Shown here: piece by piece, positions 13,161 through 27,773 of the stretch
How positions within the stretch are numbered: the stretch's first letter is position 1
Layout: every line of letters begins with the position of its first letter
Source: Eledone cirrhosa
Taxonomy: Eukaryota
Assembly: GCA_964016885.1 (NCBI GenBank)
Contig: OZ024742.1
Span: 347,324,001 to 347,388,000, forward strand
Direction of reading: 5' to 3'
DNA: 64,000 nucleotides
Made by a program: the position numbers and the translations under genes
Notes under the pieces: generated by a model
What the model saw: the letters and a program-made list of their open reading frames with translations, nothing else
Told to the model about the DNA's origin: nothing
Database searches by the model: none

Positions 13161-13899
13161 CTGTCGTTAAACAAATAAAAAATATTGATTTAGCAATCAC
13201 CTTTCAGAGAAAATGTTTCATACATTTCATAAATCTATCATCTTTTGAAAATATACAAATGGAATGTCAGCAGCCTGTCTGCGGAAAAGCCCCGCGGGGT
13301 GGGGTGGCTGTTGCAGTGGGTGTCACTGGCTATTGTCCGCAGAAATACCTTTGCAATTTTGTCTGCGAGGTGCAGCTGACACACCGCCCCAACCTAGGTG
13401 TAGAGTCTGTCACCCTCTCCCCCTTCCTCTGTGACCTAATAGTCCTCGCTCTTTCCCTCCTTTTCTTCTCATTTACAGCATTTATAGTGCTTTCCTTTAC
13501 TTCCCTATACAGCCAGATCTGCCCTTCTTTACTCCTTCTACCTTTTTTTAATTTATTTATATAATTAATTATGAAAACTTAATAAATAACTATATAAAGA
13601 ATTCTCTCACCTCTTTCTGTTCAAACCAGCCATAACCGGCCGCTTATACTGATGTTAAGGTATTGTTCTCAACATAAATAATATCAAAATCTCATAGATA
13701 TAATGTGAGATAATTGTAAATATAGAGTAATGTAAATACTAAAGGGTTATATACAAAAAAAAAAAAAGTGTAAAAAAAGAAAAGGTTTAAAAAGTATCTG
13801 AGTTCATTTATTTCCTGTGGGAAGTAATGACATTAGGGGGATAAAGTGTGCAGAATGGAGCCCCACACAATCATGTATATGTGTGGTTTGGGAGTGAGT

Positions 13900-14200
13900 T
13901 CACTGTATACATCAATTGATGTCAGGCAGCCAACATGTGATGTACTACACACTTATCATATTTTCATTTCACCTGATACTGACATCAAGGAAACTGAAGC
14001 TTTGTCATCACAGTGGAAACATCTCATGTTGACAAAACATGTCAGGTAGAGAGAAAACTGAAATGATGCTCACTGTTTTGTTTTACTATGAAGGTGTTGT
14101 GTATGATGAATATTCACCCTGTAACAAATAGTTACAAGAGTACACTGAGGAACTCTTCCAATGTTATGTGATGTAGTTCTGGGGCCAATGCAACATCCAA
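13900..14200 (+). mobile_element. Highly decayed mariner-like transposase remnant
   Basis: Fragments SSQWKH and MLTV...YEGVVYDEY resemble the mariner catalytic domain; boundaries approximate. Confidence 0.5.
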
Positions 14201-14710
14201 CAGATGTGGTGATTCAATTCCCCACGTGTTTCGGTCAATTTTTCTCTGTTTCCAGAAAATTACTTGATTTTCTCTCAACTGTTTTTTTTTTATTGTGATT
14301 AGGATACACACATTTTAAATTTCATATTATCATCAACCTCATCACTGTTTTATAATATAATAATAATGAAAATATTGTGTACAGTGCTCAGGTGCACTAC
14401 AACTTTCCATGTTTACATAGGTTACATTATGTGAAGGCGCATTGCTAAGTGGTTAGAGCATCGGGCTTAACAATCGTAAGGTTGAGAGTTCGATTCTCAG
14501 ACTGGGCTTTGTGTTGTGTCCTTGAGCAAAGCACTTAATTTCACGTTGCTCCAGTTTACTATCGGCCTTTGACTTTCTCTTGGACAACATCAGTGGTGTG
14601 GAGAGGGGAAATTGGTATACATGGGCAACTGCTGGTCTTCTACAAACAACCTTGTCAGGAGTTGTGCCTCAGAGGCGAACTTTCTACGTGCAAATCCCAT
14701 AATTATTTGT

Positions 14711-17700
14711 GACAGACAGACAGCTAAGATGACTGTGTCTCACTCATAGGACTGTCATGTTCTGGGGACAGACAGACAGCTAAGATGACTGTGTCTCACT
14801 CATAGGACTGTCATGTTCTGGGGACAGACAGACAGCTAAGATGACTGTGTCTCACTCATAGGACTGTGATGTTCTGGGGACAGACAGACAGCTAAGATGA
14901 CAGTGTCTCACTCATAGGACTGTCATGTTCTGGGGACAGACAGACAGCTAAGATGACAGTGTCTCACTCATAGGAATGTCATGTTCTGGGGACAGACAGA
15001 CAGCTAAGATGACTGTGTCTCACTCATAGGACTGTCATGTTCTGGGGACAGACAGACAGCTAAGATGACTGTGTCTCACTCATAGGACTGTCATGTTCTG
15101 GGGACAGACAGACAGCTAAGATGACTGTGTCTCACTCATAGGACTGTCATGTTCTGGGGACAGACAGACAGCTAAGATGACTGTGTCTCACTCATAGGAC
15201 TGTCATGTTCTGGGGACAGACAGACAGCTAAGATGATTGTGTCTCACTCATAGGACTGTCATGTTCTGGGGACAGACAGACAGCTAAGATGACTGTGTCT
15301 CACTCATAGGACTGTCATGTTCTGGGGACAGACAGACAGCTAAGATGACTGTGTCTCACTCATAGGACTGTGATGTTCTGGGGACAGACAGACAGCTAAG
15401 ATGACAGTGTCTCACTCATAGGACTGTCATGTTCTGGGGACAGACAGACAGCTAAGATGACAGTGTCTCACTCATAGGAATGTCATGTTCTGGGGACAGA
15501 CAGACAGCTAAGATGACTGTGTCTCACTCATAGGACTGTCATGTTCTGGGGACAGACAGACAGCTAAGATGACTGTGTCTCACTCATAGGACTGTCATGT
15601 TCTGGGGACAGACAGACAGCTAAGATGACTGTGTCTCACTCATAGGACTGTCATGTTCTGGGGACAGACAGACAGCTAAGATGATTGTGTCTCACTCATA
15701 GGACTGTCATGTTCTGGGGACAGACAGACAGCTAAGTTGACTGTGTCTCACTCATAGGACTGTCATGTTCTGGGGACAGACAGACAGCTAAGATGATGTG
15801 TCTCACTCATAGGACTGTCATGTTCTGGGGACAGACAGACAGCTAAGATGACTGTGTCTCACTCATAGGACTGTCATGTTCTGGGGACAGACAGACAGCT
15901 AAGTTGATTGTGTCTCACTCATAGGACTGTCATGTTCTGGGGACAGACAGACAGCTAAGATGACTGTGTCTCACTCATAGGACTGTCATGTTCTGGGAAC
16001 AGACAGACAGCTAAGATGACTGTGTCTCACTCATAGGACTGTCATGTTCTGGGGACAGACAGACAGCTAAGATGACTGTGTCTCACTCATAGGACTGTCA
16101 TGTTCTGGGGACAGACAGACAGCTAAGATGATTGTGTCTCACTCATAGGACTGTCATGTTCTGGGGACAGACAGACAGCTAAGATGACTGTGTCTCACTC
16201 ATAGGACTGTCATGTTCTGGGGACAGACAGACAGCTAAGATGATGTGTCTCACTCATAGGACTGTCATGTTCTGGGGACAGACAGACAGCTAAGATGACT
16301 GTGTCTCACTCATAGGACTGTGATGTTCTGGGGACAGACAGACAGCTAAATTGATTGTGTCTCACTCATAGAACTGTCATGTTCTGGGGACAGACAGACA
16401 GCTAAGATGACTGTGTCTCACTCATAGGACTGTCATGTTCTGGGGACAGACAGACAGCTAAGATGACAGTGTCTCACTCATAGGACTGTCATGTTCTGGA
16501 GACAGACAGACAGCTAAGATGACTGTATTTCACTCATAGGACTGTCATGTTCTGGGGACAGACAGACAGCTAAGATGACTGTGTCTCACTCGTAGGACTG
16601 TCATGTTCTGGGGACAGACAGACAGCTAAGATGACAGTGTCTCACTCATAGGACTGTCATGTTCTGGGGACAGACAGACAGCTAAGATGACTGTCTCTCA
16701 CTCAGAGGACTGTCATGTTCTGGGGACAGACAGAGAGCTAAGATGACTGTGTCTCACTCATAGGACTGTCATGTTCTGGGGACAGACAGGCAGCTAAGAT
16801 GACAGTGTCTCACTCATAGGACTGTCATGTTCTGGGGACAGACAGACAGCTAAGATGACTGTGTCTCATTCATAGGACTGTCATGTTCTGGGGACAGACA
16901 GGCAGCTAAGATGACAGTGTCTCACTCATAGGACTGTCATGTTCTGGGGACAGACAGACGGCTAAGATGACTGTGTCTCACTCATAGGACTGTGATGTTC
17001 TGGGGACAGACAGACAGCTAAGATGACTGTGTCTCACTCATAGGACTGTCATGTTCTGGGGACAGACAGACAGCTAAGATGACTGTGTCTCACTCATAGG
17101 ACTGTCATGTTCTGGGGACAGACAGACAGCTAAGATGACTGTGTCTCACTCATAGGACTGTCATGTTCTGGGGACAGACAGACAGCTAAGAGGACTGTGT
17201 CTCACTCATAGGACTGTCATATTCTGGGGACAGACAGACAGCTAAGATGACTGTGTCTCACTCATAGGACTGTCATGTTCTGTGGACAGACAGACAGCTA
17301 AGATGACTGTGTCTCACTCATAGGACTGTGATGTTCTGGGGACAGACAGACAGCTAAGATGACTGTGTCTCACTCATAGGACTGTCATGTTCTGGGGACA
17401 GACAGACAGCTAAGATGACTGTGTCTCACTCATAGGACTGTCATGTTCTGGAGATAGACAGCTAAGATGACAGTGTCTCACTCATAGGACTGTCATGTTC
17501 TGGAGACAAACAGACAGCTAAGATGACAGTGTCTCACTCATAGGACTGTCATGTTCTGGGGACAGACAGGCAGCTAGGATGACTGTGTCTCACTCATAGG
17601 ACTGTCATGTTCTGGAGATAGACAGCTAAGATGACAGTGTCTCACTCATAGGACTGTCATGTACTGGGGACAGACAGACAGCTAAGATGACTGTGTCTCA

Positions 17701-20700
17701 CTCATAGGACTGTCATGTACTGGAGACAAACAGACAGCTAAGATGACAGTGTCTCACTCATAGGACTGTCATGTTCTGGAGATAGACAGCTAAGATGACT
17801 GTGTCTCACTCATAGGACTGTCATGTTCTGGAGATAGACAGCTAAGATGACTGTGTCTCACTCATAGGACTGTCATGTTCTGGAGATAGACAGCTAAGAT
17901 GACAGTGTCTCACTCATAGGACTGTCATGTACTGGGGACAGACAGACAGCTAAGATGACTGTGTCTCACTCATAGGACTGTCATGTACTGGGGACAGACA
18001 GACAGCTAAGATGACTGTGTCTCACTCATAGGACTTTCATGTTCTGGAGACAGACAGACAGCTAAGATGACTGTGTCTCACTCATAGGACTGTCATGTTC
18101 TGGAGATAGACAGCTAAGATGACAGTGTCTCACTCATAGGACTGTCATGTTCTGGGGACAGACAGACAGCTAAGATGACTGTGTCTCACTCATAGGATTG
18201 TCATGTTCTGGGGACAGACAGGCAGCTAAGATGACAGTGTTTCACTAATAGGACTGTCATGTTCTGGGGACAGACAGACAGCTAAGATGACTGTGTCTCA
18301 CTCATAGGACTGTCATGTTCTGGAGATAGACAGCTAAGATGACAGTGTCTCACTCATAGGACTGTCATGTTCTGGGGACAGACAGACAGCTAAGATGACT
18401 GTGTCTCACTCATAGGACTGTCATGTTCTGGGGATAGACAGCTAAGATGACAGTGTCTCACTCATAGGACTGTCATGTTCTGGGGACAGACAGACAGCTA
18501 AGATGACTGGGTCTCACTCATAGGACTGTCATGTTCTGGGGATAGACAGCTAAGATGACAGTGTCTCACTCATAGGACTTTGATGTTCTGGGGACAGACA
18601 GACAGCTAAGATGACTGTGTCTCACTCATAGGACTGTCATGTTCTGGGGACAGACAGACAGCTAAGATGACTGTGTCTCACTCATAGGACTGTCATGTTC
18701 TGGAGATAGACAGTTGAGATGACTGTGTCTCACTCATAGGACTGTCATGTTCTGGAGATAGACAGCTAAGATGACTGTGTCTCACTCATAGGACTGTCAT
18801 GTTCTGGGGACAGGCAGACAGCTAAGATGACTGTGTCTCACTCATAGGACTGTCATGTTCTGGAGATAGACAGCTAAGATGACAGTGTCTCACTCATAGG
18901 ACTGTCATGTACTGGGGACATACAGACAGCTAAGATGACTGTGTCTCACTCATAGGACTGTCATGTTCTGGAGATAGACAGCTGAGATGACTGTGTCTCA
19001 CTCATAGGACTGTCATGTTCTGGGGACAGGCAGACAGCTAAGATGACTGTGTCTCACTCATAGGACTGTCATGTTCTGGGGACAGACAGACAGCTAAGAT
19101 GACTGTGTCTCACTCATAGGACTGTCATGTTCTGGGGATAGACAGACAGCTAAGATGACTGTGTCTCACTCATAGGACTGTCATGTACTGGGGACAGACA
19201 GACAGCTAACATGACTGTGTCTCACTCATAGGACTGTCATGTACTGGGGACATACAGACAGCTAAGATGACTGTGTCTCACTCGTAGGACTGTCATGTTC
19301 TGGGGACAGACAGACAGCTAAGATGACAGTGTCTCACTCATAGGACTGTCATGTTCTGGGGACAGACAGACAGCTAAGATGACTGTCTCTCACTCAGAGG
19401 ACTGTCATGTTCTGGAGATAGACAGCTAAGATGACTGTGTCTCACTCATAGGACTGTCATGTTCTGGGGACAGGCAGACAGCTAAGATGACTGTCTCACT
19501 CATAGGACTGTCATGTTCTGGAGACAAACAGACAGCTAAGATGACAGTGCCTCACTCATAGGACTGTCATGTACTGGGGACATACAGACAGCTAAGATGA
19601 CTGTGTCTCACTCATAGGACTGTCATGTTCTGGGGACAGACAGACAGCTAAGATGACTGTGTCTCACTCATAGGACTGTGATGTTCTGGGGACAGACAGA
19701 CAGCTAAGATGACTGTGTCTCACTCATAGGACTGTCATGTTCTGGAGATAGACAGCTAAGATGACAGTGTCTCACTCATAGGACTGTCATGTACTGGGGA
19801 CAGACAGACAGCTAAGATGACTGTGTCTCACTCATAGGACTGTCATGTTCTGGGGACAGACAGACAGCTAAGATGACTGTGTCTCACTCATAGGACTGTC
19901 ATGTTCTGGAGACAAACAGACAGCTAAGATGACAGTGTCTCACTCATAGGACTGTCATGTTCTGGAGACAAACAGACAGCTAAGATGACAGTGTCTCACT
20001 CATAGGACTGTCATGTTCTGGGGACAGACAGACAGCTAAGATGACTGTGTCTCACTCATAGGACTGTCATGTACTGGAGACAAACAGACAGCTAAGATGA
20101 CAGTGTCTCACTCATAGGACTGTCATGTACTGGAGATAGACAGCTAAGATGACAGTGTCTCACTCATAGGACTGTCATGTTCTGGAGATAGACAGCTAAG
20201 ATGACAGTGTCTCACTCATAGGACTGTCATGTACTGGGGACAGACAGACAGCTAAGATGACTGTGTCTCACTCATAGGACTGTCATGTACTGGAGACAAA
20301 CAGACAGCTAAGATGACAGTGTCTCACTCATAGGACTGTCATGTTCTGGAGATAGACAGCTAAGATGACTGTGTCTCACTCATAGGACTGTCATGTACTG
20401 GGGACAGACAGACAGCTAAGATGACTGTGTCTCACTCATAGGACTGTCATGTACTGGGGACATACAGACAGCTAAGATGACTGTGTCTCACTCATAGCAC
20501 TGTCATGTTCTGGAGATAGACAGCTAAGATGACTGTGTCTCACTCATAGGACTGTCATGTTCTGGGGACAGGCAGACAGCTAAGATGACTGTGTCTCACT
20601 CATAGGACTGTCATGTTCTGGAGATAGACAGCTAAGTTGACAGTGTCTCACTCATAGGACTGTCATGTACTGGGGACATACAGACAGCTAAGATGACTGT

Positions 20701-23700
20701 GTCTCACTCATAGGACTGTCATGTTCTGGGGACAGACAGACAGCTAAGATGACTGTGTCTCACTCATAGGACTGTGATGTTCTGGGGACAGACAGACAGC
20801 TAAGATGACTGTGTCTCACTCATAGGACTGTCATGTTCTGGAGATAGACAGCTAAGATAACAGTGTCTCACTCATAGGACTGTCATGTACTGGGGACAGA
20901 CAGACAGCTAAGATGACTGTGTCTCACTCATAGGACTGTCATGTTCTGGGGACAGACAGACAGCTAAGATGACTGTGTCTCACTCATAGGACTGTCATGT
21001 TCTGGAGACAAACAGACAGCTAAGATGACAGTGTCTCACTCATAGGACTGTCATGTTCTGGAGACAAACAGACAGCTAAGATGACAGTGTCTCACTCATA
21101 GGACTGTCATGTTCTGGGGACAGACAGGCAGCTAAGATGACTGTGTCTCACTCATAGGACTGTCATGTACTGGAGATAGACAGCTAAGATGACAGTGTCT
21201 CACTCATAGGACTGTCATGTTCTGGAGATAGACAGCTAAGATGACAGTGTCTCACTCATAGGACTGTCATGTACTGGGGACAGACAGACAGCTAAGATGA
21301 CTGTGTCTGACTCATAGGACTGTCATGTACTGGAGACAAACAGACAGCTAAGATGACAGTGTCTCACTCATAGGACTGTCATGTTCTGGAGATAGACAGC
21401 TAAGATGACTGTGTCTCACTCATAGGACTGCCATGTTCTGGAGATAGACAGCTAAGATGACTGTGTCTCACTCATAGGACTGTCATGTTCTGGAGATAGA
21501 CAGCTAAGATGACAGTGTCTCACTCATAGGACTGTCATGTACTGGGGACAGACAGACAGCTAAGATGACTGTGTCTCACTCATAGGACTGCCATGTTCTG
21601 GAGATAGACAGCTAAGATGACTGTGTCTCACTCATAGGACTGTCATGTTCTGGAGATAGACAGCTAAGATGACAGTGTCTCACTCATAGGACTGTCATGT
21701 ACTGGGGACAGACAGACAGCTAAGATGACTGTGTCTCACTCATAGGACTGTCATGTACTGGGGACAGACAGGCAGCTAAGATGACAGTGTCTCACTCATA
21801 GGACTGTCATGTTCTGGGGACAGACAGACAGCTAAGATGACTGTGTCTCACTCATAGGACTGTCATGTTCTGGAGATAGACAGCTAAGATGACAGTATCT
21901 CACTCATAGGACTGTCATGTTCTGGGGACAGACAGACAGCTAAGATGACTGTGTCTCACTCATAGGACTGTCATGTTCTGGAGATAGACAGCTAAGATGA
22001 CAGTGTCTCACTCATAGGACTGTCATGTTCTGGGGACAGACAGACAGCTAAGATGACTGTGTCTCACTCATAGGACTGTCATGTGCTGGGGATAGACAGC
22101 TAAGATGACAGTGTCTCACTCATAGGACTGTCCTGTTCTGGGGACAGACAGACAGCTAAGATGACTGGGTCTCACTCATAGGACTGTCATGTTCTGGGGA
22201 TAGACAGCTAAGATGACAGTGTCTCACTCATAGGACTTTGATGTTCTGGGGACAGACAGACAGCTAAGATGACTGTGTCTCACTCATAGGACTGTCATGT
22301 TCTGGGGACAGACAGACAGCTAAGATGACAGTGTCTCACTCATAGGACTGTCATGTTCTGGGGACAGACAGACAGCTAAGATGACTGTGTCTCACTCATA
22401 GGACTGTCATGTTCTGGAGATAGACAGCTGAGATGACTGTGTCTCACTCATAGGACTGTCATGTTCTGGAGATAGACAGCTAAGATGACTGTGTCTCACT
22501 CATAGGACTGTCATGTTCTGGGGACAGGCAGACAGCTAAGATGACTGTGTCTCACTCATAGGACTGTCATGTTCTGGAGATAGACAGCTAAGATGACTGT
22601 GTCTCACTCATAGGACTGTCGTGTTCTGGGGATAGACAGACAGCTAAGATGACTGTGTCTCACTCATAGGAATGTCATGTACTGGGGACAGACAGACAGC
22701 TAAGATGACAGTGTCTCACTCATAGGACTGTCATCTTCTGGGGACAGACAGACAGCTAAGATGACTGTGTCTCACTCATAGGACTGTCATGTACTGGGGA
22801 CATACAGACAGCTAAGATGACTGTGTCTCACTCATAGGACTGTCATGTTCTGGGGACAGGCAGACAGCTAAGATGACTGTGTCTCACTCATAGGACTGTC
22901 ATGTTCTGGAGATAGACAGCTAAGATGACAGTGTCTCACTCATAGGACTGTCATGTTCTGGGGACAGATAGACAGCTAAGCTGACAGTGTCTCACTCATA
23001 GGACTGTCATATTCTGGAGATAGACAGCTAAGATGACAGTGTCTCACTCATAGGACTGTCATGTTCTGGGGACAAACAGACAGCTAAGATGACAGTGTCT
23101 CACTCATAGGACTGTCATGTTCTGGAGATAGACAGCTAAGCTGACTGTGTCTCACACATAGGACTGTCATGTTCTGGGGACAGACAGACAGCTAAGATGA
23201 CTGTGTCTCACTCATAGGACTGTCATGTTCTGGGGACAGACAGGCAGCTAAGATGACAGTGTCTCACTCATAGGACTGTCATGTTCTGGGGACAGACAGA
23301 CAGCTAAGATGACTGTGTCTCACTCATAGGACTGTCATGTTCTGGGGACAAACAGACAGCTAAGATGACTGTGTCTCACTCATAGGACTGTCATGTTCTG
23401 GGGACAGACAGACAGCTAAGATGACTGTGTCTCACTCATAGGACTGTCATGTTCTGGGGACAGACAGACAGCTAAGATGACTGTGTCTCACTCATAGGAC
23501 TGTCATGTTCTGGGGACAGACAGGCAGCTAAGATGACAGTGTCTCACTCATAGGACTGTCATGTTCTGGGGACAGACAGACAGCTAAGCTGACAGTGTCT
23601 CACACATAGGACTGTCATGTTCTGGTGACAGACAGGCAGCTAAGATGACAGTGTCTCACTCATAGGACTGTCATGTTCTGGGGACAGACAGACAGATAAG

Positions 23701-26700
23701 ATGACTGTGTCTCACTCATAGGACTGTCATGTTCTGGGGACAGACAGACAGCTAAGATGACTGTGTCTCACTCATAGGACTGTCATGTTCTGGGGACAGA
23801 CAGACAGCTAAGATGACTGTCTCACTCATAGGACTGTCATGTTCTGGGGACAGACAGACAGCTAAGCTGACAGTGTCTCACTCATAGGACCGTCATGTGC
23901 TGGGGACAGACAGGCAGCTAAGATGACAGTGTCTCACTCATAGGACTGTCATGTTCTGGGGACAGACAGACAGCTAAGATGACTGTGTCTCACTCATAGG
24001 ACTGTCATGTTCTGGGGACAGACAGACAGCTAAGATGACTGTGTCTCACTCATAGGACTGTCATGTTCTGGGGACAGACAGACAGCTAAGATGACTGTGT
24101 CTCACTCATAGGACTGTCATGTTCTGGGGATAGACAGCTAAGATGACAGTGTCTCACTCATAGGACTGTCATGTTCTGGGGACAGACAGACAGCTAAGAT
24201 GACTGGGTCTCACTCATAGGACTGTCATGTTCTGGGGATAGACAGCTAAGATGACAGTGTCTCACTCATAGGACTTTGATGTTCTGGGGACAGACAGACA
24301 GCTAAGATGACTGCGTCTCACTCATAGGACTGTCATGTTCTGGGGACAGACAGACAGCTAAGATGACAGTGTCTCACTCATAGGACTGTCATGTTCTGGA
24401 GATAGACAGCTAAGATGACTGTGTCTCACTCATAGGACTGTCATGTTCTGGGGACAGGCAGACAGCTAAGATGACTGTGTCTCACTCATAGGACTGTCAT
24501 GTTCTGGAGATAGACAGCTAAGATGACTGTGTCTCACTCATAGGACTTTGATGTTCTGGGGACAGACAGACAGCTAAGATGACCGTGTCTCACTCATAGG
24601 ACTGTCATGTACTGGGGACATACAGACAGCTAAGATGACTGTGTCTCACTCATAGGACTGTCATGTTCTGGAGATAGACAGCTGAGATGACTGTGTCTCA
24701 CTCATAGGACTGTCATGTTCTGGAGATAGACAGCTAAGCTGACTGTGTCTCACTCATAGGACTGTCATGTTCTGGGGATAGACAGACAGCTAAGATGACT
24801 GTGTCTCACTCATAGGACTGTCATGTACTGGGGACAGACAGACAGCTAAGATGACTGTGTCTCACTCATAGGACTGTCATGTACTGGGGACATACAGACA
24901 GCTAAGATGACTGTGTCTCACTCATAGGACTGTCATGTTCTGGAGATAGACAGCTAAGATGACTGTGTCTCACTCATAGGACTGTCATGTTCTGGGGACA
25001 GGCAGACAGCTAAGATGACTGTGTCTCACTCATAGGACTGTCATGTTCTGGAGATAGACAGCTAAGATGACTGTGTCTCACTCATAGGACTGTCATGTTC
25101 TGGGGACAGGCAGACAGCTAAGATGACTGTGTCTCACTCATAGGACTGTCATGTTCTGGAGATAGACAGCTAAGATGACAGTGTCTCACTCATAGGACTG
25201 TCATGTACTGGGGACATACAGACAGCTAAGATGACTGTGTCTCACTCATAGGACTGTCATGTTCTGGAGATAGACAGCTAAGATGACTGTGTCTCACTGA
25301 TAGGACTGTCATGTTCTGGGGACAGACAGACAGCTAAGATGACTGTGTCTCACTCATAGGACTCTCATGTTCTGGAGATAGACAGCTAAGATGACAGTGT
25401 CTCACTCATAGGACTGTCATGTTCTGGGGACAGATAGACAGCTAAGCTGACAGTGTCTCACTCATAGGACTGTCATGTTCTGGAGATAGACAGCTAAGAT
25501 GACAGTGTCTCACTCATAGGACTGTCATGTTCTGGGGACAAACAGACAGCTAAGATGACAGTGTCTCACTCATAGGACTGTCATGTTCTGGAGATAGACA
25601 GCTAAGATGACTGTGTCTCACTCATAGGACTGTGATGTTCTGGGGACAAACAGACAGCTAAGATGACAGTGTCTCACTCATAGGACTGTCATGTTCTGGG
25701 GGACAAACAGACAGCTAAGATGACAGTGTCTCACACATAGGACTGTCATGTTCTGGAGATAGACAGCTAAGCTGACTGTGTCTCACTCATAGGACTATTA
25801 TGTTCTGGAGATAGACAGCTAAGATGACTGTCTCACTCATAGGACTGTCATGTTCTGGGGACAGACAGACAGCTAAGCTGACAGTGTCTCACTCATAGGA
25901 CTGTCATGTTCTGGGGACAGACAGACAGCTAAGATGACTGTGTCTCACTCATAGGACTGTCATGTTCTGGAGATAGACAGCTAAGATGACTGTGTCTCAC
26001 TCATAGGACTGTCATGTTCTGGAGATAGACAGCTGAGATGACTGTGTCTCACTCATAGGACTTTGATGTTCTGGGGACAGACAGACAGCTAAGATGACTG
26101 TGTCTCACTCATAGGACTGTCATGTTCTGGGGACAGACAGACAGCTAAGATGACTGTGTCTCACTCATAGGACTTTGATTTTCTGGGGACAGACAGACAG
26201 CTAAGATGACTGTGTCTCACTCATAGGACTGTCATGTTCTGGGGACAGACAGACAGCTAAGATGACTGTGTCTCACTCATAGGACTGTCATGTTCTGGAG
26301 ATAGACAGCTAAGATGACTGTGTCTCACTCATAGGACTGTCATGTACTGGGGACAAACAGACAGCTAAGATGACTGTGTCTCACTCATAGGACTGTCATG
26401 TACTGGGGACAGACAGACAGCTAAGATGACTGTGTCTCACTCATAGGACTGTCATGTACTGGGGACAAACAGACAGCTAAGATGACTGTGTCTCACTCAT
26501 AGGACTGTCATGTACTGGGGACAGACAGACAGCTAAGATGACTGTGTCTCACTCATAGGACTGTCATGTACTGGGGACAGACAGACAGCTAAGATGACTG
26601 TGTCTCACTCATAGGACTGTCATGTTCTGGGGACAGACAGACAGCTAAGATGACTGTGTCTCACTCATAGGACTGTCATGTTCTGGGGATAGACAGCTAA

Positions 26701-27332
26701 GATGACAGTGTCTCACTCATTGGACTGTCATGTTCTGGGGACAGATAGACAGCTAAGATGACTGTGTCTCACTCATAGGACTGTCATGTTCTGGGGACAG
26801 ACAGACAGCTAAGCTGACTGTGTCTCACTCATAGGACTGTCATGTTCTGGGGACAGACAGACAGCTAAGATGACTGTGTCTCACTCATAGGACTGTCATG
26901 TTCTGGGGACAGACAGACAGCTAAGATGACTGTGTCTCACTCATAGGACTGTCATGTTCTGGGGATAGACAGACAGCTAAGATGACTGTGTCTCACTCAT
27001 AGGACTGTCATGTTCTGGGGACAGACAGCTAAGATGACAGTGTCTCACTCATAGAACTTTGATGTTCTGGGGACAGACAAACAGCTAAGATGACTGTGTC
27101 TCACTCATAGGACTGTCATGTTCTGGGGACAGACAGACAGCTAAGATGACTGTGTCTCACTCATAGGACTGTCATGTTCTGGGGACAGACAGACAGCTAA
27201 GCTGACAGTGTCTCACTCATAGGACTGTCATGTTCTGGGGACAGACAGACAGCTAAGCTGACAGTGTCTCACTCATAGGACTGTCATGTTCTGGGGATAG
27301 ACATACAGCTAAGATGACAGTGTCTCACTCAT
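14711..27332. repeat. 12.6 kb tandem satellite, 56-bp unit GACAGACAGACAGCTAAGATGACTGTGTCTCACTCATAGGACTGTCATGTTCTGGG (52-bp variants), roughly 230 copies
   Basis: Period read directly (unit starts at 14711 and 14767); no spacers; copy number estimated from length. Confidence 0.98.
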
Positions 27333-27633
27333 ATTCCATTCTAGCCAAGTTTCTACTGCAGATGCTCTTCTTACTGTCAGCCACATCACGGCATGTTTTG
27401 TGTTCATTTTCTTGTAGCACAACCACTACTACCAACACCACTACTACCACTATTACCACCACCACCACTACTAACACCACTACTAACCACCACTTCTATA
27501 ACCACTACTAACACCGCTACTAACCACCACCTCTACCACCACTACTACCACCTCTACCACCACTACTACCACCTCTACTACCACCACTACTACCACTATC
27601 ACCCTAGCGGATCCTCAGCTCGGGATGTGCATC

Positions 27634-27673
27634 CTGAGCTGAAGATCCACTAGGGTGAAACAATTGTTCTCGG
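27634..27673 (+). ncRNA. Minimal type-I hammerhead ribozyme in a short PLE-like terminal fragment
   Basis: CTGAG-CTGAAGA-TCCACTAGGGT-GAAA-CAATTG-TT-CTCGG: stem I 5 bp, palindromic stem III, GUU site. Confidence 0.7.
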
Positions 27674-27701
27674 TATGGTGAACTAACTGTTGTTTAACCA
27701 C

Positions 27702-27770
<69 letters not shown>

Positions 27771-27773
<3 letters not shown>

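Noticed and set aside
14711-27332. CRISPR-like array or hammerhead-containing satellite
   Set aside because: Units are contiguous with no unique spacers, there are no cas genes, and I found no CUGANGA/GAAA core on either strand
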